In this document: positions 50,284 through 62,570 of the stretch, one piece after another | Layout of the letters: every line of letters starts with the position of its first letter | Numbering within the stretch: the first letter of the stretch is position 1 | Notes under the pieces: model-generated | The model's input: only the letters and a program-made list of their open reading frames with translations | What the model was told of the DNA's origin: nothing | Databases searched by the model: none | Source of the DNA: Octopus vulgaris | Taxonomy: Eukaryota | Direction: 5' to 3' | DNA: 64,000 bases | Assembly (NCBI GenBank): GCA_951406725.2 | Contig: OX597828.1 | Span: forward strand, 15,314,001 to 15,378,000 | Translations under genes and position numbers: made by a program

Positions 50284-52588
50284 GTTTGTAATAATTATTA
50301 TTGTAAAAAAAAGACAGCGATCACAATTGTAGCCCTTCCTCCCCCTAGCTGACTTTATTTCCTCATAACTTTCAGAAAAGTAGGTAGGCTTATATCTTGA
50401 TGAAATTTTTTACAAACCCCTTGTAGATGGTGTAGGTTACGATTATATCGGAATTTAATGTTGAGAAAAAAATTTAGAAGGTGCGCACATCACATATCAC
50501 AAATTTTTCAAAATTTCTAGTTTCATTTTGTAAATAAGCCTATATCTGATGTGTTCAACCACAAATTTCTGTTTTTCGTATTAATTCCGATATAATCGTA
50601 ATCGGTACTGTTTGAAAAATATTTGTAGAAAATTTCAGTGAAGAATGCCCAGTATATTCAGAAAGACGCGATGGTCAAGGTTGGAATGCTTTGTCACATG
50701 TCTGTTGGATCAGGACTTGCCACCACAACTACAACAAACTACTACTTACTGTCTGATAGTAAGCAGAGAGAAAAAACACGAAAATATAATTAAAAAGAAT
50801 ATAATTATTTCTATTAACAAAATTAAAGATATTTTAATTATAAAATATATAAACCAATAGTTGATGAAATGTTTGTTAACGATTCTTTTAAAATTGAAAT
50901 AAATGATCATTAATAATCAGAAATACAAATCAATAAGAAACTCGCAATTTCAATAATTCTATCACCTCTGCTTTAGTAGCAGACAGCAAGGAGTGAAATA
51001 GTATTTGAGTGTGTTTTAAACCCGATATTTTGTGGGGGTGGGGATTGTTGTTAGCACATTTCTTTTCTCAGTTTAATTCGAGAACCTTTAATTGAGATGT
51101 GTCACTAATTTGAAACAAGGTTACTGATAAGAGAATCAGTAACTTGTATTCCATTTTACACTTTGCAATAATTACAAGACCTGGATCGGCACTTCTTAAG
51201 AATTTTAGGGCTACATTCTCCTGTACCCCGCCTTCTTTAAAACAGTAGGAAGTGGTTTGAGAGAGATTTGGTTGTTATTTCTTGTGTGTCGATCGATCAA
51301 GCAGATACTCCTCCGTTCGCACATTACGTGTTATAATGTGTTTTAGACTTGATATGCCTAAAGACTGTTTATAAGAATTATAAGTTTTCTTAAACAAAAA
51401 CCAAGTTGATTTTCAGTTAGATTCTTACGTTCACGGGTATTTGTTTTAAATTATTGGACTTCATTTTGGTTTCTTGTAAATGCAGATATACTTCAGGTTA
51501 CATCGTGTTCCAAGACATGCGACTTAACACGAAAAACCACGTAACACATGCACGCGCGCGCGCGCGCACACACACACACACAAACATTATGAAATAATTT
51601 ATTAGTTCGTAGCTGTTTTAATAAATGGTTTGTACATATTTTCACCTGTATTTTATTTGATTTTCCTCTTCATTATTCTTTTTGGCGATGTGTTGCCTTC
51701 TTTTTTTTTATTTCATGCTTATAAATATGTTCGCTGAGATCGATGTAAAGTCGGATAAATCGACTGAAATTGAGGATAAATTTTTTCCATCTCACATTTT
51801 CGGCTATGGAGATTCCGATTCTGAAAAAAAAAAAATTTAAAAAATCGCAACTTCAAAATTTAATCCCCCACCCACCACAAGCCTCAGCATAAGAATAAAG
51901 TCGAAAAAGACGTAACACGAAACGACGTAGGTTGAGGTATGCCTGTACTTAGCAGCAGATTGATTTTTATCGATCTACTGCTAAGTACAGGCATTCACAC
52001 AGGAGAACCATGTGGCGCTATTCACACAGGAAAACCATGTGAGCATTAATATATTTAATGTAGCAAGCATTATGGAAATCTTTGACGATAACATTCCATT
52101 TTCATTTTGTCAAAGTATAACCTAACTTGAAGTTGAGAGATCACATTACTCTGTTATTAATATTAAAATGTGAGGCTTTGTTCCATTGTTAAGACATCTA
52201 TATTCTAATTATTAATCAAAGTTAATTTTTTTAATGTTATATTAGTAGGCTTCCATTACAACAGTTTATTTTTAAAATCTCAACAAGTGCTGGAGCTAAC
52301 TCAAGACATATTCCAGTTTTATTATGGCCTCACTAGCCAAGCATAGAATTTACTGTGCTTATTCATCTGGGATTTTCTTATTCTTGTTTGTTTTTCAAGT
52401 ACATGCTACTGGCCATTCTAAGTTATTTTTCTTAGATCATTTTATATATGGTTGCACAGACATTACTGTGTGGATACAGAGTTTGTTCAGGAATCATGTA
52501 GAGATCTAGAGGTTTATCTCTCTCTACAGCACCATGGGTAAGTGACAGGAAGGGCACCGACTATAGAAAAATCTGCCTTTACCAATTT

Positions 52589-53012
52589 CGGATCTTTTCG
52601 GTTTGTACGGCAGTTTTTTAAAATAATTTCCACGTAACTAAACACTTTTAAACTTCGTATACTTACTTGTAGAATATGTTTATAAAACATCTTTTTCTCT
52701 TGGCTTTATTGAGAAAATTCTATAGTTTGTAAGATATTTGTTGTTTTTTTCCCTTCAATTTCTGGAATTTCAACCAATCAATGACGTCTATTGAGGTAAA
52801 AAAAAAATCATTCTGTGCCGTATGAATATGTTCCTCGTTTAAGAAACAGATTGGGTACATTTGTGAAGAAAAAAAGATACCCTTCCCCCCACCCTTAACC
52901 CTAACCCTAAAACAGATTGAAATGCAATAGATCCATACCAGGGTCATAATTATAGGTGACAATTTCATATGACACTGCTAGAAAAAACTGCCATTCAAAC
53001 CGAAAAGATCCC
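52589..53012. mobile_element. MITE, same family as 31317-31729 (inverted)
   Basis: GGATCTTTTCGGTTTG.ACGGCAGTTTTT TIRs, with an internal CCCTAACCCTAA. Confidence 0.8.
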
Positions 53013-53429
53013 AACGATGATAAAAATATTAGTGAAACTAATGTTTCAAACTGTCTACCCCTTTAGCATTCAAACGAGCCATATTCTACCTGTTTTATCT
53101 CCAAATCAACTAGATCTGGCTTCTCACACCTACCCTAGAATGTCAATTTAAAAATAAACAATCACATCATCGAAATCTCTAAGCTATGAGATAGTGCTTT
53201 ATCATTCCAAAACAATGTGAATAAATAAGCATTACACTTGGCAAAGCAATCTGAATGCTAAAGGGTTAAAGACGAAATTGTTTTTAATATTTACACCTAT
53301 ACTAGGTTTCGGTCTGTTTAGTCCCTGATCATCATACAAGTATCAGTGGTCTCCTTGTGGTAAGAGTTACTACCCCTTATTTGGAAATGAATTTTCCTAG
53401 TTTCAATTTGGTCTGATAATATTCTCTTA

Positions 53430-53770
53430 TTCTTTTACTTGTTTCAGTCATTTGACTGCAGCCATGCTGGAGCACCACCTTTAGTTGAACAAATCGACCC
53501 CAGGACTTATTCTTTGTAAGCCTTGTACTTATTCAATCGGCCTCTTTTGCCGAACCGCTAAGTTACTGGGACGTAAACACACCAACATCAGTTATGAAGC
53601 ATATATATACGATGGGCTTCTTTCAGTTTCCATCTACGAAATCCACTCAAGGCTTTGGTCGGCCTGAGGCTATAGTCGAAGACACTTGCCCCAGGTGCTA
53701 TGCAGTGGGACTGAACCCGGAACCATGTGGTTGGTTAGCAAGCTACATACCACACAGCCAATCCTGCACC
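53430..53770 (-). mobile_element. Family A SINE in the KPTN intron
   Basis: Reverse complement of the family A sequence. Confidence 0.85.
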
Positions 53771-54359
53771 TTGGCATTCAGTTGGATATGATAATGAAGG
53801 TTCCAGTTGATCTAATCAACATAAAAACCTGCTCGTGAAATTAACATGTAAGTGGCTGAGTGCTCCATAGACATGCATACCCTTAACTAGGCTATTTGAT
53901 GTCAAAAGAGATGAGATGATTTAAAATTTTTCTAACTTGTCCCACACTTTGGCTGAAATAAGAGGAAATATTTGTCTTCTCATTTATAAAGAGGAGAGAT
54001 GCCAAAAGTTTCCATTATTTTAGTAGGAGCTGGTATTTATCAGTTTAAGAACTAAGGAGTAAATTCTTTAGCATTTAAGTTGGCCATACTTTGGCCAAAT
54101 ATTCCACCAGTTTTATGTTCAAAGCAGCTAAATCCAGCCTCTCACATTTTTCCCACAATGTCACCATGTCATTCTAAAAATAAGCCATCCCATCATTGAA
54201 ATCTTGAAACTGTGAGATAATACATGATTAATTTAAAACAAGCATTACATTTGACATATAATCTGATTGTTAAAGAATTAAGATGATTCTTTCATTTCAA
54301 AACAAAGAAAAACATCAAAACAATTTTTAAACATGGATTTATTGATTTTTATTTTTCAG

Positions 54360-55394
54360 GATGTTAGCCTTGAACATTCATTTATGGAGGTTTCTGTTGT
54401 GGAGTATTTTCCAGAGTTCCAGACAATAACCAGTTGTATTCTGTGGATCAACATTGTTTACGTTGACAAAAATAAGCAAAGAATTACTGCCAGAGGACAT
54501 CAGAACGGTGAAATTATTGTCTTTTTAGTCGAACCATTGTCTAAAGTCATCTTAAAGCAGTTTTCAATTTGTCATGATGGACCAATCACTCGAGTTCTAC
54601 TGTTTACGTCAGAAAGCAAAGTAGCGGTACCTGCATGCCTTGAGCATCTTGGGCTTGAGAGTAATACCGAGTGTGATGTGTCTGACTATCACCTGCTTGT
54701 TGTGAGTGCAGTTGAACATTCTGTTGTCTATAAGAATGTGCTAAACAAGGAGTTCTCCGACCAACTTCTACTTCCTGATAGTAACAAATCTGACTGTGTT
54801 ATGTGTGCTTGTGCAGTAGATATTGACTTTGATGGCCAAAACGAACTGCTGTTGGGTACATATGGGCAAGAACTTTTAGCTTACAAGTTTCAGACAATAG
54901 CACCTCAAGAACCTGCAAGCCCGATTGATAATTTTGACGAACTTCAAACAATGAATTCCAGGAGAAAAGCCTACTCTTTTTCTGTCAGCAGTAAGAAAAT
55001 GTACAAATACACGACTGGAGATTTAACATCGACTCCAAAGACAGTCTATAAAGATGATTCTAGCATGCCTGATAACTGGAATATTAACAGCTATTCACCT
55101 GAGGTTGATATCATATCAGATATGTTTAACACTCGACCTTCCTTCTCCAAAGGTCAGCCTCAAGCTGGTTACCAGTTGTTGTGGCACCGTAGTTTTGCTT
55201 CTCCAGTTGTTGCTGTCGAACATGCTGATGTGATGGGTGATGGTATGGATGATCTAATTGTTCTTACCCTTAAAGGGCTACATATACTACAGCCAAATTT
55301 AACTAACGTCGCTGAAATATGCTTTAATAAATTAAATGCATTGTTGAATTCTTCCATGTCAAACGATGAAAATGAAAAGAGAGAAGCTACTTAA
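54360..55394 (+). CDS. KPTN: Kaptin, exon 2 (terminal)
   Basis: TTTTTCAG|GAT acceptor in phase 0. Motifs DGPI, LLLPDS..DCV.C..DIDFDGQNELLLGTYGQELLAYK, LLWHRSF.SP and D..GDG.DDL.VLTLKGLHILQ. Confidence 0.92.
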   Translation, partial: DVSLEHSFMEVSVVEYFPEFQTITSCILWINIVYVDKNKQRITARGHQNGEIIVFLVEPLSKVILKQFSICHDGPITRVLLFTSESKVAVPACLEHLGLESNTECDVSDYHLLVVSAVEHSVVYKNVLNKEFSDQLLLPDSNKSDCVMCACAVDIDFDGQNELLLGTYGQELLAYKFQTIAPQEPASPIDNFDELQTMNSRRKAYSFSVSSKKMYKYTTGDLTSTPKTVYKDDSSMPDNWNINSYSPEVDIISDMFNTRPSFSKGQPQAGYQLLWHRSFASPVVAVEHADVMGDGMDDLIVLTLKGLHILQPNLTNVAEICFNKLNALLNSSMSNDENEKREAT

Positions 55395-55601
55395 GACATT
55401 TCATCTTTCCTCTCCATCATGTGTATAATTTTTATTGAAGAAAATTAAATTATTACGATAATTACCAAACTTTTTTTCTTTCTTTCTTTTTGTAATATTG
55501 GAAAAAGATATTTGATAGCATTTTGGGTAAGTGTTCCTCTATTGTGGTCCTGGGATGACCAAATCCTTCTGAGTGGATTTGGTGGACAGAAATTATATAC
55601 A

Positions 55602-55940
55602 TGCGTGAAAGCACATGGCACAGTGGTTAGAGCATTGAGCTTATGATTGTGAGGTTGTGAGTTCGATTCCCGGATCGGGCTGCATGTTGTGTTCTTGAGC
55701 AAGACACTTTATTTCACGTTGCTCCAGTTCACTCATCTGTAGAAATGAGTTGTGATGTCACTGGTGCCATGCTGTATCGGCCTTTGCCTTTCCCTTGGAT
55801 AACATCAGTTGCTTGGAGCGGGGAAGCTGGTATGCATGAGCGATTGCTGGCCTTCCATAAACAACCTTGCTTGGACTTGTGCCTCAGAGGGTAACTTTCT
55901 AGGTGCAATCCCATGGTCATTCATGAGTGAAGAGGGTCTC
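55602..55940 (+). mobile_element. Family C SINE
   Basis: Matches 7445-7778. Confidence 0.85.
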
Positions 55941-56200
55941 CTCCTATATACACATTAAATATATATATATATATATACATACATTTATATATATATTAAT
56001 TAGGGAATATAAATTCCGGCATCACAGGGATTCAAATAAATTGAATTATTCTTGATAAGAAAATATGTTATTTAGAGATAGAAGTCCCCATGCAATTCAT
56101 CAAATCCTAATATACATCACACCATATCATAGAATTTTACTTTAATACTTACTCTATCAGTTCCAAATTTCTCTTTTACATGTGTTTCATGAGGTGCGTT

Positions 56201-56234
<34 letters not shown>

Positions 56235-56734
56235 TATATATATGACAAGCTGTTGTGTATATGTGTGTGCTTGTCTTTTTTCCTTTACATCATACTTTAG
56301 TTGTAAACAAGTATCACCATCATACAAGCAGAGTCCTTCATTTCCAATCTTCTGTAAAAACATGTTTAGCCACAGGAAAGCATTATTTTGCTTAGAGAGT
56401 TGGTAACATGAAAGTGCATTCCACTGTAGAAATCTGCCTCTTTGAATTCTGTCTAGCCCATGTGAATATGGAAAAGTAGATGTTAAGAAGACAGTGATGA
56501 TGATGATGGTTAATAATGTTTTATATACATATGATTTTGATTTTTCCAGTTTCAGCTCATGAGCTGTGGCCATGCTGGGGCACCGCCATTGTGTGAAAGT
56601 ATATTGTTTTCTGTGTGTGTGTACATATTTTAACTTATGTCTTCCCTGTAGAGACTAAAGGTACACATTATGCAATTGCTAAATCAGATTCTGGTGAAAT
56701 TTGAAGTCCTGCAGAACAGGTACAGGTGACTCAC

Positions 56735-57190
56735 AATCAAAATCAAATTTGATGACTGGCATCCATGCTAGTGGAGCGCTAAGAGCACCATCCGAGTGTG
56801 ATCGTTGCCAGATCAACTAACAGGCTTCCGTGTCGGTGGCACGTAAAAAGCACCATTCGAGTGTGATCGTTACCTGTGTCACCTTACTGGCACTTGTGCT
56901 GGTGGCATGTGAAAAAACATTTGAGCGAGGTCATTGCCAGTGCTGCTGGACTGGCTCTTGTGCAGGTGGCACATAAAAAGCACCATTGGAGCATGGCCAT
57001 TGCCAGTACCACCTGACTGGCCCTTGTGCGGGTGCACGTAAAAGTACCCAATACACTCTCGGAGTGGTTGGCATCCAGTTGTAGAAACTCTGCCAGATCA
57101 GATTGGAGCCTGGTGCTGCCATCTGGGCGCCAGACTTCAGTCAAATCATCCAACCCATGCTAGCATGGAAAGCGGAAGTTAAACGATAAT
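56735..57190 (+). mobile_element. RTE LINE 3' UTR fragment
   Basis: Reverse complement of the 1960-2490 UTR, ending CCATGCTAGCATGGAAAGCGGA. Confidence 0.85.
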
Positions 57191-58149
57191 GAATGTCCAA
57201 TCTACTTTGACTCTTTAATGGTCAACCAATGTAGTTTTACTGTCCATATTGTAAAGAAATTGACATGTAATTCCCCCCTTCACACTAAACAAAAACCACA
57301 TGCTGGCATTTCCAAGATTATGAATCTCACATTGGCCCACTTCACTGCATGCAGATTCACAGAAGTTGAATCTGATGGTCAATCATTCTCAGTTCCCTAG
57401 AGATAGCTAACAATATATATGGCTGTGTGGTAAGGGCAAGAACCTTGCTTCTGAGCTGCATGGTTCTGGGATCAGTCCTACTGTGTGACACCTTCAAGTG
57501 TCTTCTACTATAGTCTTGGGTTGACCAAAGCCTTGTGAGTAGATTTAGAATCTATGTGTGTATCTGTGTTTGTCCCCCTGACTACCACTAGACAACTGGT
57601 GTTTTATGTCTCCGTAACTTAGCAGTTCAAAAAAAGGGACTGATAGAATAAGTACCAAGCTTTAAAAAAAAAATGTATTGGGGGTTGATTCTTTTGTAAG
57701 TTGACTTTGTAGATAAAAAGAAGCTCACACACACACACACACACACAAATATGTAATAGAAAAAGTAAGCAGAAACTAGGTGTGATATTCTGCTAATTAT
57801 TTTCTATTATTTGGTTAATATTGCACACTTGATCCTATCCCAAGTTTGGAGCCCACATCTGTGCCTCCTGTTTTTGGTAGATAGATAAATAAATATCTGT
57901 GTGTGTGTGTGAATGTGTATGTTTGTTTCTCCTTGTCTTCACATCACGTGGTAGTTGTAAAGTGATCGTCGCTGACATATGAGCAGTGCCATTCATTTCC
58001 CTTTTTCTGCAAATATGAACCTTGCTTTGGGGAAATTACTTGGAAACAGGTGAGGGTTAGCATCCAGCCATCGGAAATTTGCCTGAATAAACTCCGTCTG
58101 ACCCATGCAAGCATAGAAAAGTGAATGTTAAAATTATGATGATGATTAT

Positions 58150-58602
58150 CATTTACATTTAATGGATATTTGTGCTCATCTTGTTTTTAGTTAACACGTT
58201 TTGGCTGATATACTCTCCAGCCTTCATCAGGTGTCTTGGGGAAATTTCGAACCTGGGTTCTTATTCCTAAGGTATTTTTCGATGTTATTATTATTATTAT
58301 TATTATTCAGGTCTTAACCTCTACGCCATATGCCCATGCGCATATGGCGTAGTGGTTAAGAGAGCGGGCTATTAACCCCAAGATTCTGAGTTTGATTCCA
58401 GGCAGTGACCTGAATAATAATAATAATAATAATAACATCAAAAAATACCGTAGGAATGAGAACCCAGGTTCAAAATTTTCCCCAAGACAACCTCATGAAG
58501 GCTGGAGGGTATATCAACCGAAATGTGTTAACAAGATGAGGGCAAATATCCGTCAAATGTAAATAATGTACATAATTCCTCATTTTTTAAAATATAGAAC
58601 TG
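58150..58602. mobile_element. Head-to-head pair of tRNA-headed SINEs, each carrying a hammerhead-like motif
   Basis: Symmetry centre at ~58336. The plus copy has A box TGGCGTAGTGG, B box GAGTTTGATTCC, (AAT)n, then ..TGAAGGCTGGAG.GTATATCA.CC(G/A)AAA.GTGTT. Confidence 0.75.
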
Positions 58603-59264
58603 TATTATGATGATGATGATGATTGCAGTGAGATGTTGGCACAACAGTTGACAATGGCTAGATACTTTTCCTACTCTCAGCCAACCAACCATCCAGTATT
58701 TAGGAGTTGTTATTCAGCATCAGGTCAGACTTATGATCAAAGACTGTCCTGCTGTGATCTTTGATCCTATCCTTAAAATTTTTTTTATTCATATGGTGTA
58801 TCAAGACTATGAAATTTTTGGGGAGGGGGCCAGTCGATTAGATTGATCCCAGTATGCAACTGGTGCTTAATTTATCGACCCCGAAAGGATGAAAGGCAAA
58901 GTCGACTTCGGCGGAATTTGAACTCAGAACGTAAAGACAGACGAAATATCGCTAAGCATTTCGCCTACAGAAATATATGGGTGTGTGTATACATACATAC
59001 GAATAGGATGAGAGAGAGAGGATAAAGATTTGTTAGCTGATTCTAAGAAGTTGACAGAAAGCAGATAGTAAAATCTATTAGCTCGAGGTGAGCAGAGTTA
59101 TGTACCTTGGTTAACAGCACGACACAATAGCTACAGTAATAGTATTAGTTAGCGTCCTTTTCAGAGTTGTAACACGTTTGGCAGAATGACTTGACTTCAT
59201 CTGTATATTGGAAGTGAAACAATAACACTGCAGAAGAGTTACGATAGACGTTTAACAACTTCTG

Positions 59265-59705
59265 TGTTTAGCCTCTTGTGGGTAGTAAAGAAATAGGTAA
59301 AGGCGGTGAGCTGGCAGAAACGTTAGCACGCCGGGCGAAATGTGCAGCCGTATGTCGTCTGCCGTTACGTTCGGGGTTCAAATTCCGCCAAGGTCGACTT
59401 TGCCTTTCATCCTTTCAGGGTCGATAAACTAAGTACCAGTTATACACTGGGATCGATATAATCAACTTAATCCGTTTGTCTCTTCTGTGTTTGGCCCCTT
59501 GTGGGTAGTAAAGAAATAAGTATTTCGCTTGCCGTTACGTTCTGAGTTCAAATTCCGCCGAGGTCGACTTTGCCTTTCATCCTTTCGGGGTCGATAAATT
59601 AAGTACCAGTTACGCACTGGGGTCAATGTAATCAACTTAATCCCTTTGTCTGTCGTTGTTTGTCCCCTCTATGTTTAACCCCTTGTGGGCAGTAAAGAAA
59701 TAAGA
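59265..59705 (+). mobile_element. Tandem family B SINE multimer
   Basis: Repeated units ending CCTTGTGGG.AGTAAAGAAATA. Confidence 0.85.
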
Positions 59706-60147
59706 TTCTTCTGACTCATTCATCTTTTCTTTCTTTCGGCAGCCCTATTGTACTGCACAAACCAATAGTACCCAGTTGCTCTTCTCCAGAACCTCAGACC
59801 TTAGGGAGTCATTCTCTACACGTTTTTTTCCTGCAGTTATTGACTCGCAACTGCTTAAGACAAACGTTAATGATATTTATATACAGGCTGTAGGCAGAGT
59901 CCTGTTTTCCTAACCAGGCCAAAGATAGATAAATAAATAAACCATAAAATCTTTACATCTTTGTTGCTATATTTCTGTTGAAGTACACAGCTTTTATTTC
60001 AATTAACTTTGAAATTAATGAAGAATTTATAAAAATATCTTTATTAAGTTTGGAAGATAAATTTTAATGAAATTTTGATGGAAGGTTTTAATGTTGATCA
60101 CTATAACCCTGTAGCATTTGAACTGGCCATATCCAGGTCTAAATATT

Positions 60148-60550
60148 CTTTACTCTTTTACTTGTTTCAGTCATTTGACTGCAGCCATGCTGGAGCACCG
60201 CCTTTAGTTGAGCAAATTGACCCCAGGACTTATTCTTTGTAAGCCCAGTACTTATTCTATCGGTCTCTTTTGCCGAACCGCTGAGTGACGGGGACGTAAA
60301 CACACCAGCATCGGTTGTCAAGCAATGCTAGGGGGACAAACATAGACACACAAACACATACACACACATATATATATATACATATATACGACAGGCTTCT
60401 TTCAGTTTCCGTCAATCAAATCCACTCACAAGGCATTGGTTGGCCCGGGGCTATAGCAGAAGACACTTGCCCAAGATGCCATGCAGTGGGACTGAACCCG
60501 GAACCATGTGGTTGGTTAGCAAGCTACTTACCACACAGCCACTCCAGCGC
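60148..60550 (-). mobile_element. Family A SINE inserted in a piggyBac-like MITE (60105-60745)
   Basis: Full family A copy. The flanks join into TAACCCT.TAGCATT...AAAGGGTTAA, like 53056-53267. Confidence 0.8.
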
Positions 60551-61471
60551 CTACCTGCCATTCTACCTGCTTTATGTTCAAACTGGCCATGTCCAGCTTC
60601 TCACATCTACCTTGCATTGTCATTCTAAAAATAAACAATCACATCATTGAAATCCTAAAGCTATGAGATTATGCATTATTTATTCAAAACAATATGAATA
60701 AATAAGCTTTGCATTTGACACAGTAATCAGAATATTAAAGGGTTAAAACAAGAAGTTTGTATTGTAGAACTAGAGGTGGGTGAGTACGAAAAGGGTTAGA
60801 GCGTCATCCTTCATGTAATTACCAGGTCACTGACACAATTCCACTTTCTGACAATTTATATTATACTAGTACATGCATAAAAAATTATTATTTTCAATAT
60901 ATAAATAATAAACTCTAACACACAAAGGTTAGAAATTTTGGTTGGTGGGTTTAGTTACTTAGTTCAACTCCACTGTTCAAGTGGAGCTTATTCAAGTATG
61001 TGCAGAAGGTGGAAAGGTAATGTTAATATCAATGGAATTTGAACTCAAGATATCATCATTTAATGTCCGTGTTCCATGCTAGCATAGGTGGGATGGTACC
61101 ACAAGAGCCAGCCAGGCTGAAGCCTGCAACAGACTTCTGTGACTGTTTTGGCAGGATTTTTACAGCTGGATGTCCTTCCTAACACCAACCACACAGCAGA
61201 GTGGACTTAGAGATTTTTATGTGGCACAAGCACAGGCGAGGTGGGTAGTGCTTTTTACATGGCACAAGCACAGGCAAGATCAGTTTTGACAAGGATTTTA
61301 CAGCTGGATGCCCTTCTGAACACCAACCACTTCAGTGTGGACTGGATGCTTGTAAGTGGCACCTGCACTGATAGAGTCACCAAATACTTGCAAGACAAAA
61401 AATTTTCAGAGGGGAGGAGATGATGATGAAAAAGGTTACAGTGAGGCAGATACAGGTGTTTTGCTGTAGAG

Positions 61472-61794
61472 CAGTGGTTTTCAACCAGGGTCCCTATAAG
61501 ATTTTTGTGGGTCCATGTAATGAAACAGTAAATTGGGGATCCACACTAGTATTTTAAGGGCCTCTGAAAAAATTTTGTTTTAGATGTATGTATTGCAAGA
61601 AACTGCTAGGTTTTTTTCCTCTAACATTTTACATAGTTCAACCTAAAGAAGTTAATGTGTGTAAAATAAAATAGGAATTTTGTAAGAAGTTTCAATAAAA
61701 CTAGATTTTTAAACATCGAATGGCTATGGGGGTCCACCAGAATAAAATAGTAATCAAAGGGGTCCATAGGTAAAAAAATGGTTGAAAACTCCTG
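61472..61794. mobile_element. hAT MITE
   Basis: CAGTGGTTTTCAACC / GGTTGAAAACTCCTG TIRs, with a perfect 8-bp TSD CTGTAGAG. Confidence 0.85.
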
Positions 61795-61996
61795 CTGTAG
61801 AGAAAGTACAAGGTTACCCGACTGGAGAGAGAAAGATCAGGAATGAAGGCAGAAACAAGTGTGAAACATATACTGTAAAGCATTGGTACCTGAGGCATTA
61901 ATGATTCTGGCGATCTATGCTTTTTCAGTTGATAAATGACAATATAAAATTACAGGTGATACATAAGAAGAAATGGATTAATAAATTCAAATGATA

Positions 61997-62332
61997 GGCG
62001 TAAGAGTGGCTGTGTGGTAAGTAGCTTGCTTACAAATCACATGGTTCTGGGTTCAGTTCCACTGCGTGGCACCTTGGGCAAGTGTCTTCTACTATAGCCG
62101 CAGGCTGACCAAAGCCTTGTGAGTGGATTTGGTAGACGGAAACTGAAAGAAGCCCGTCGTATATATGTATATATATATATATATATATATCATCATCATC
62201 ATTTAAAACAGACGTTAAATGATGATGATAGATATACATACATATATACGACAAGCTTCTTTCAGTTTCTGTCAACCAAATCCACTCACAAGGCGTTGGT
62301 CAGCTCGCGGCTATAGTAGAAGACACTTGCCC

Positions 62333-62388
<56 letters not shown>

Positions 62389-62570
62389 GTGTGTGTGTGT
62401 CTGTGTTTGTCCCCCCAACATCACTTGACAACCGATGCTGGTGTGTTTACGTCCCAATAACTTAGCGAGGCTTACAAAGAATAAGTCCTAGAGTCGACTT
62501 GCTTGACTAAAGGTGGCGCTCCAGCATGGCCACAGTCAGATGATTGAAACATGTAAAAGAGTAAAAGAGA
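61997..62570 (+). mobile_element. Family A SINE with an internal inverted partial copy
   Basis: Head at 61997. Segment 62240-62332 is the inverse of 62076-62165. Confidence 0.8.

Noticed and set aside
53296-53340. Minus-strand aTGATGA...GACCGAAACCTAGTA hammerhead-like motif
   Set aside because: C3 is missing and the stems are poor, so it could be chance.
58340-58410. tRNA-like sequences (also at 5720-5790, 7445 and 55610)
   Set aside because: SINE heads with no complete acceptor stem, running directly into repeat bodies.
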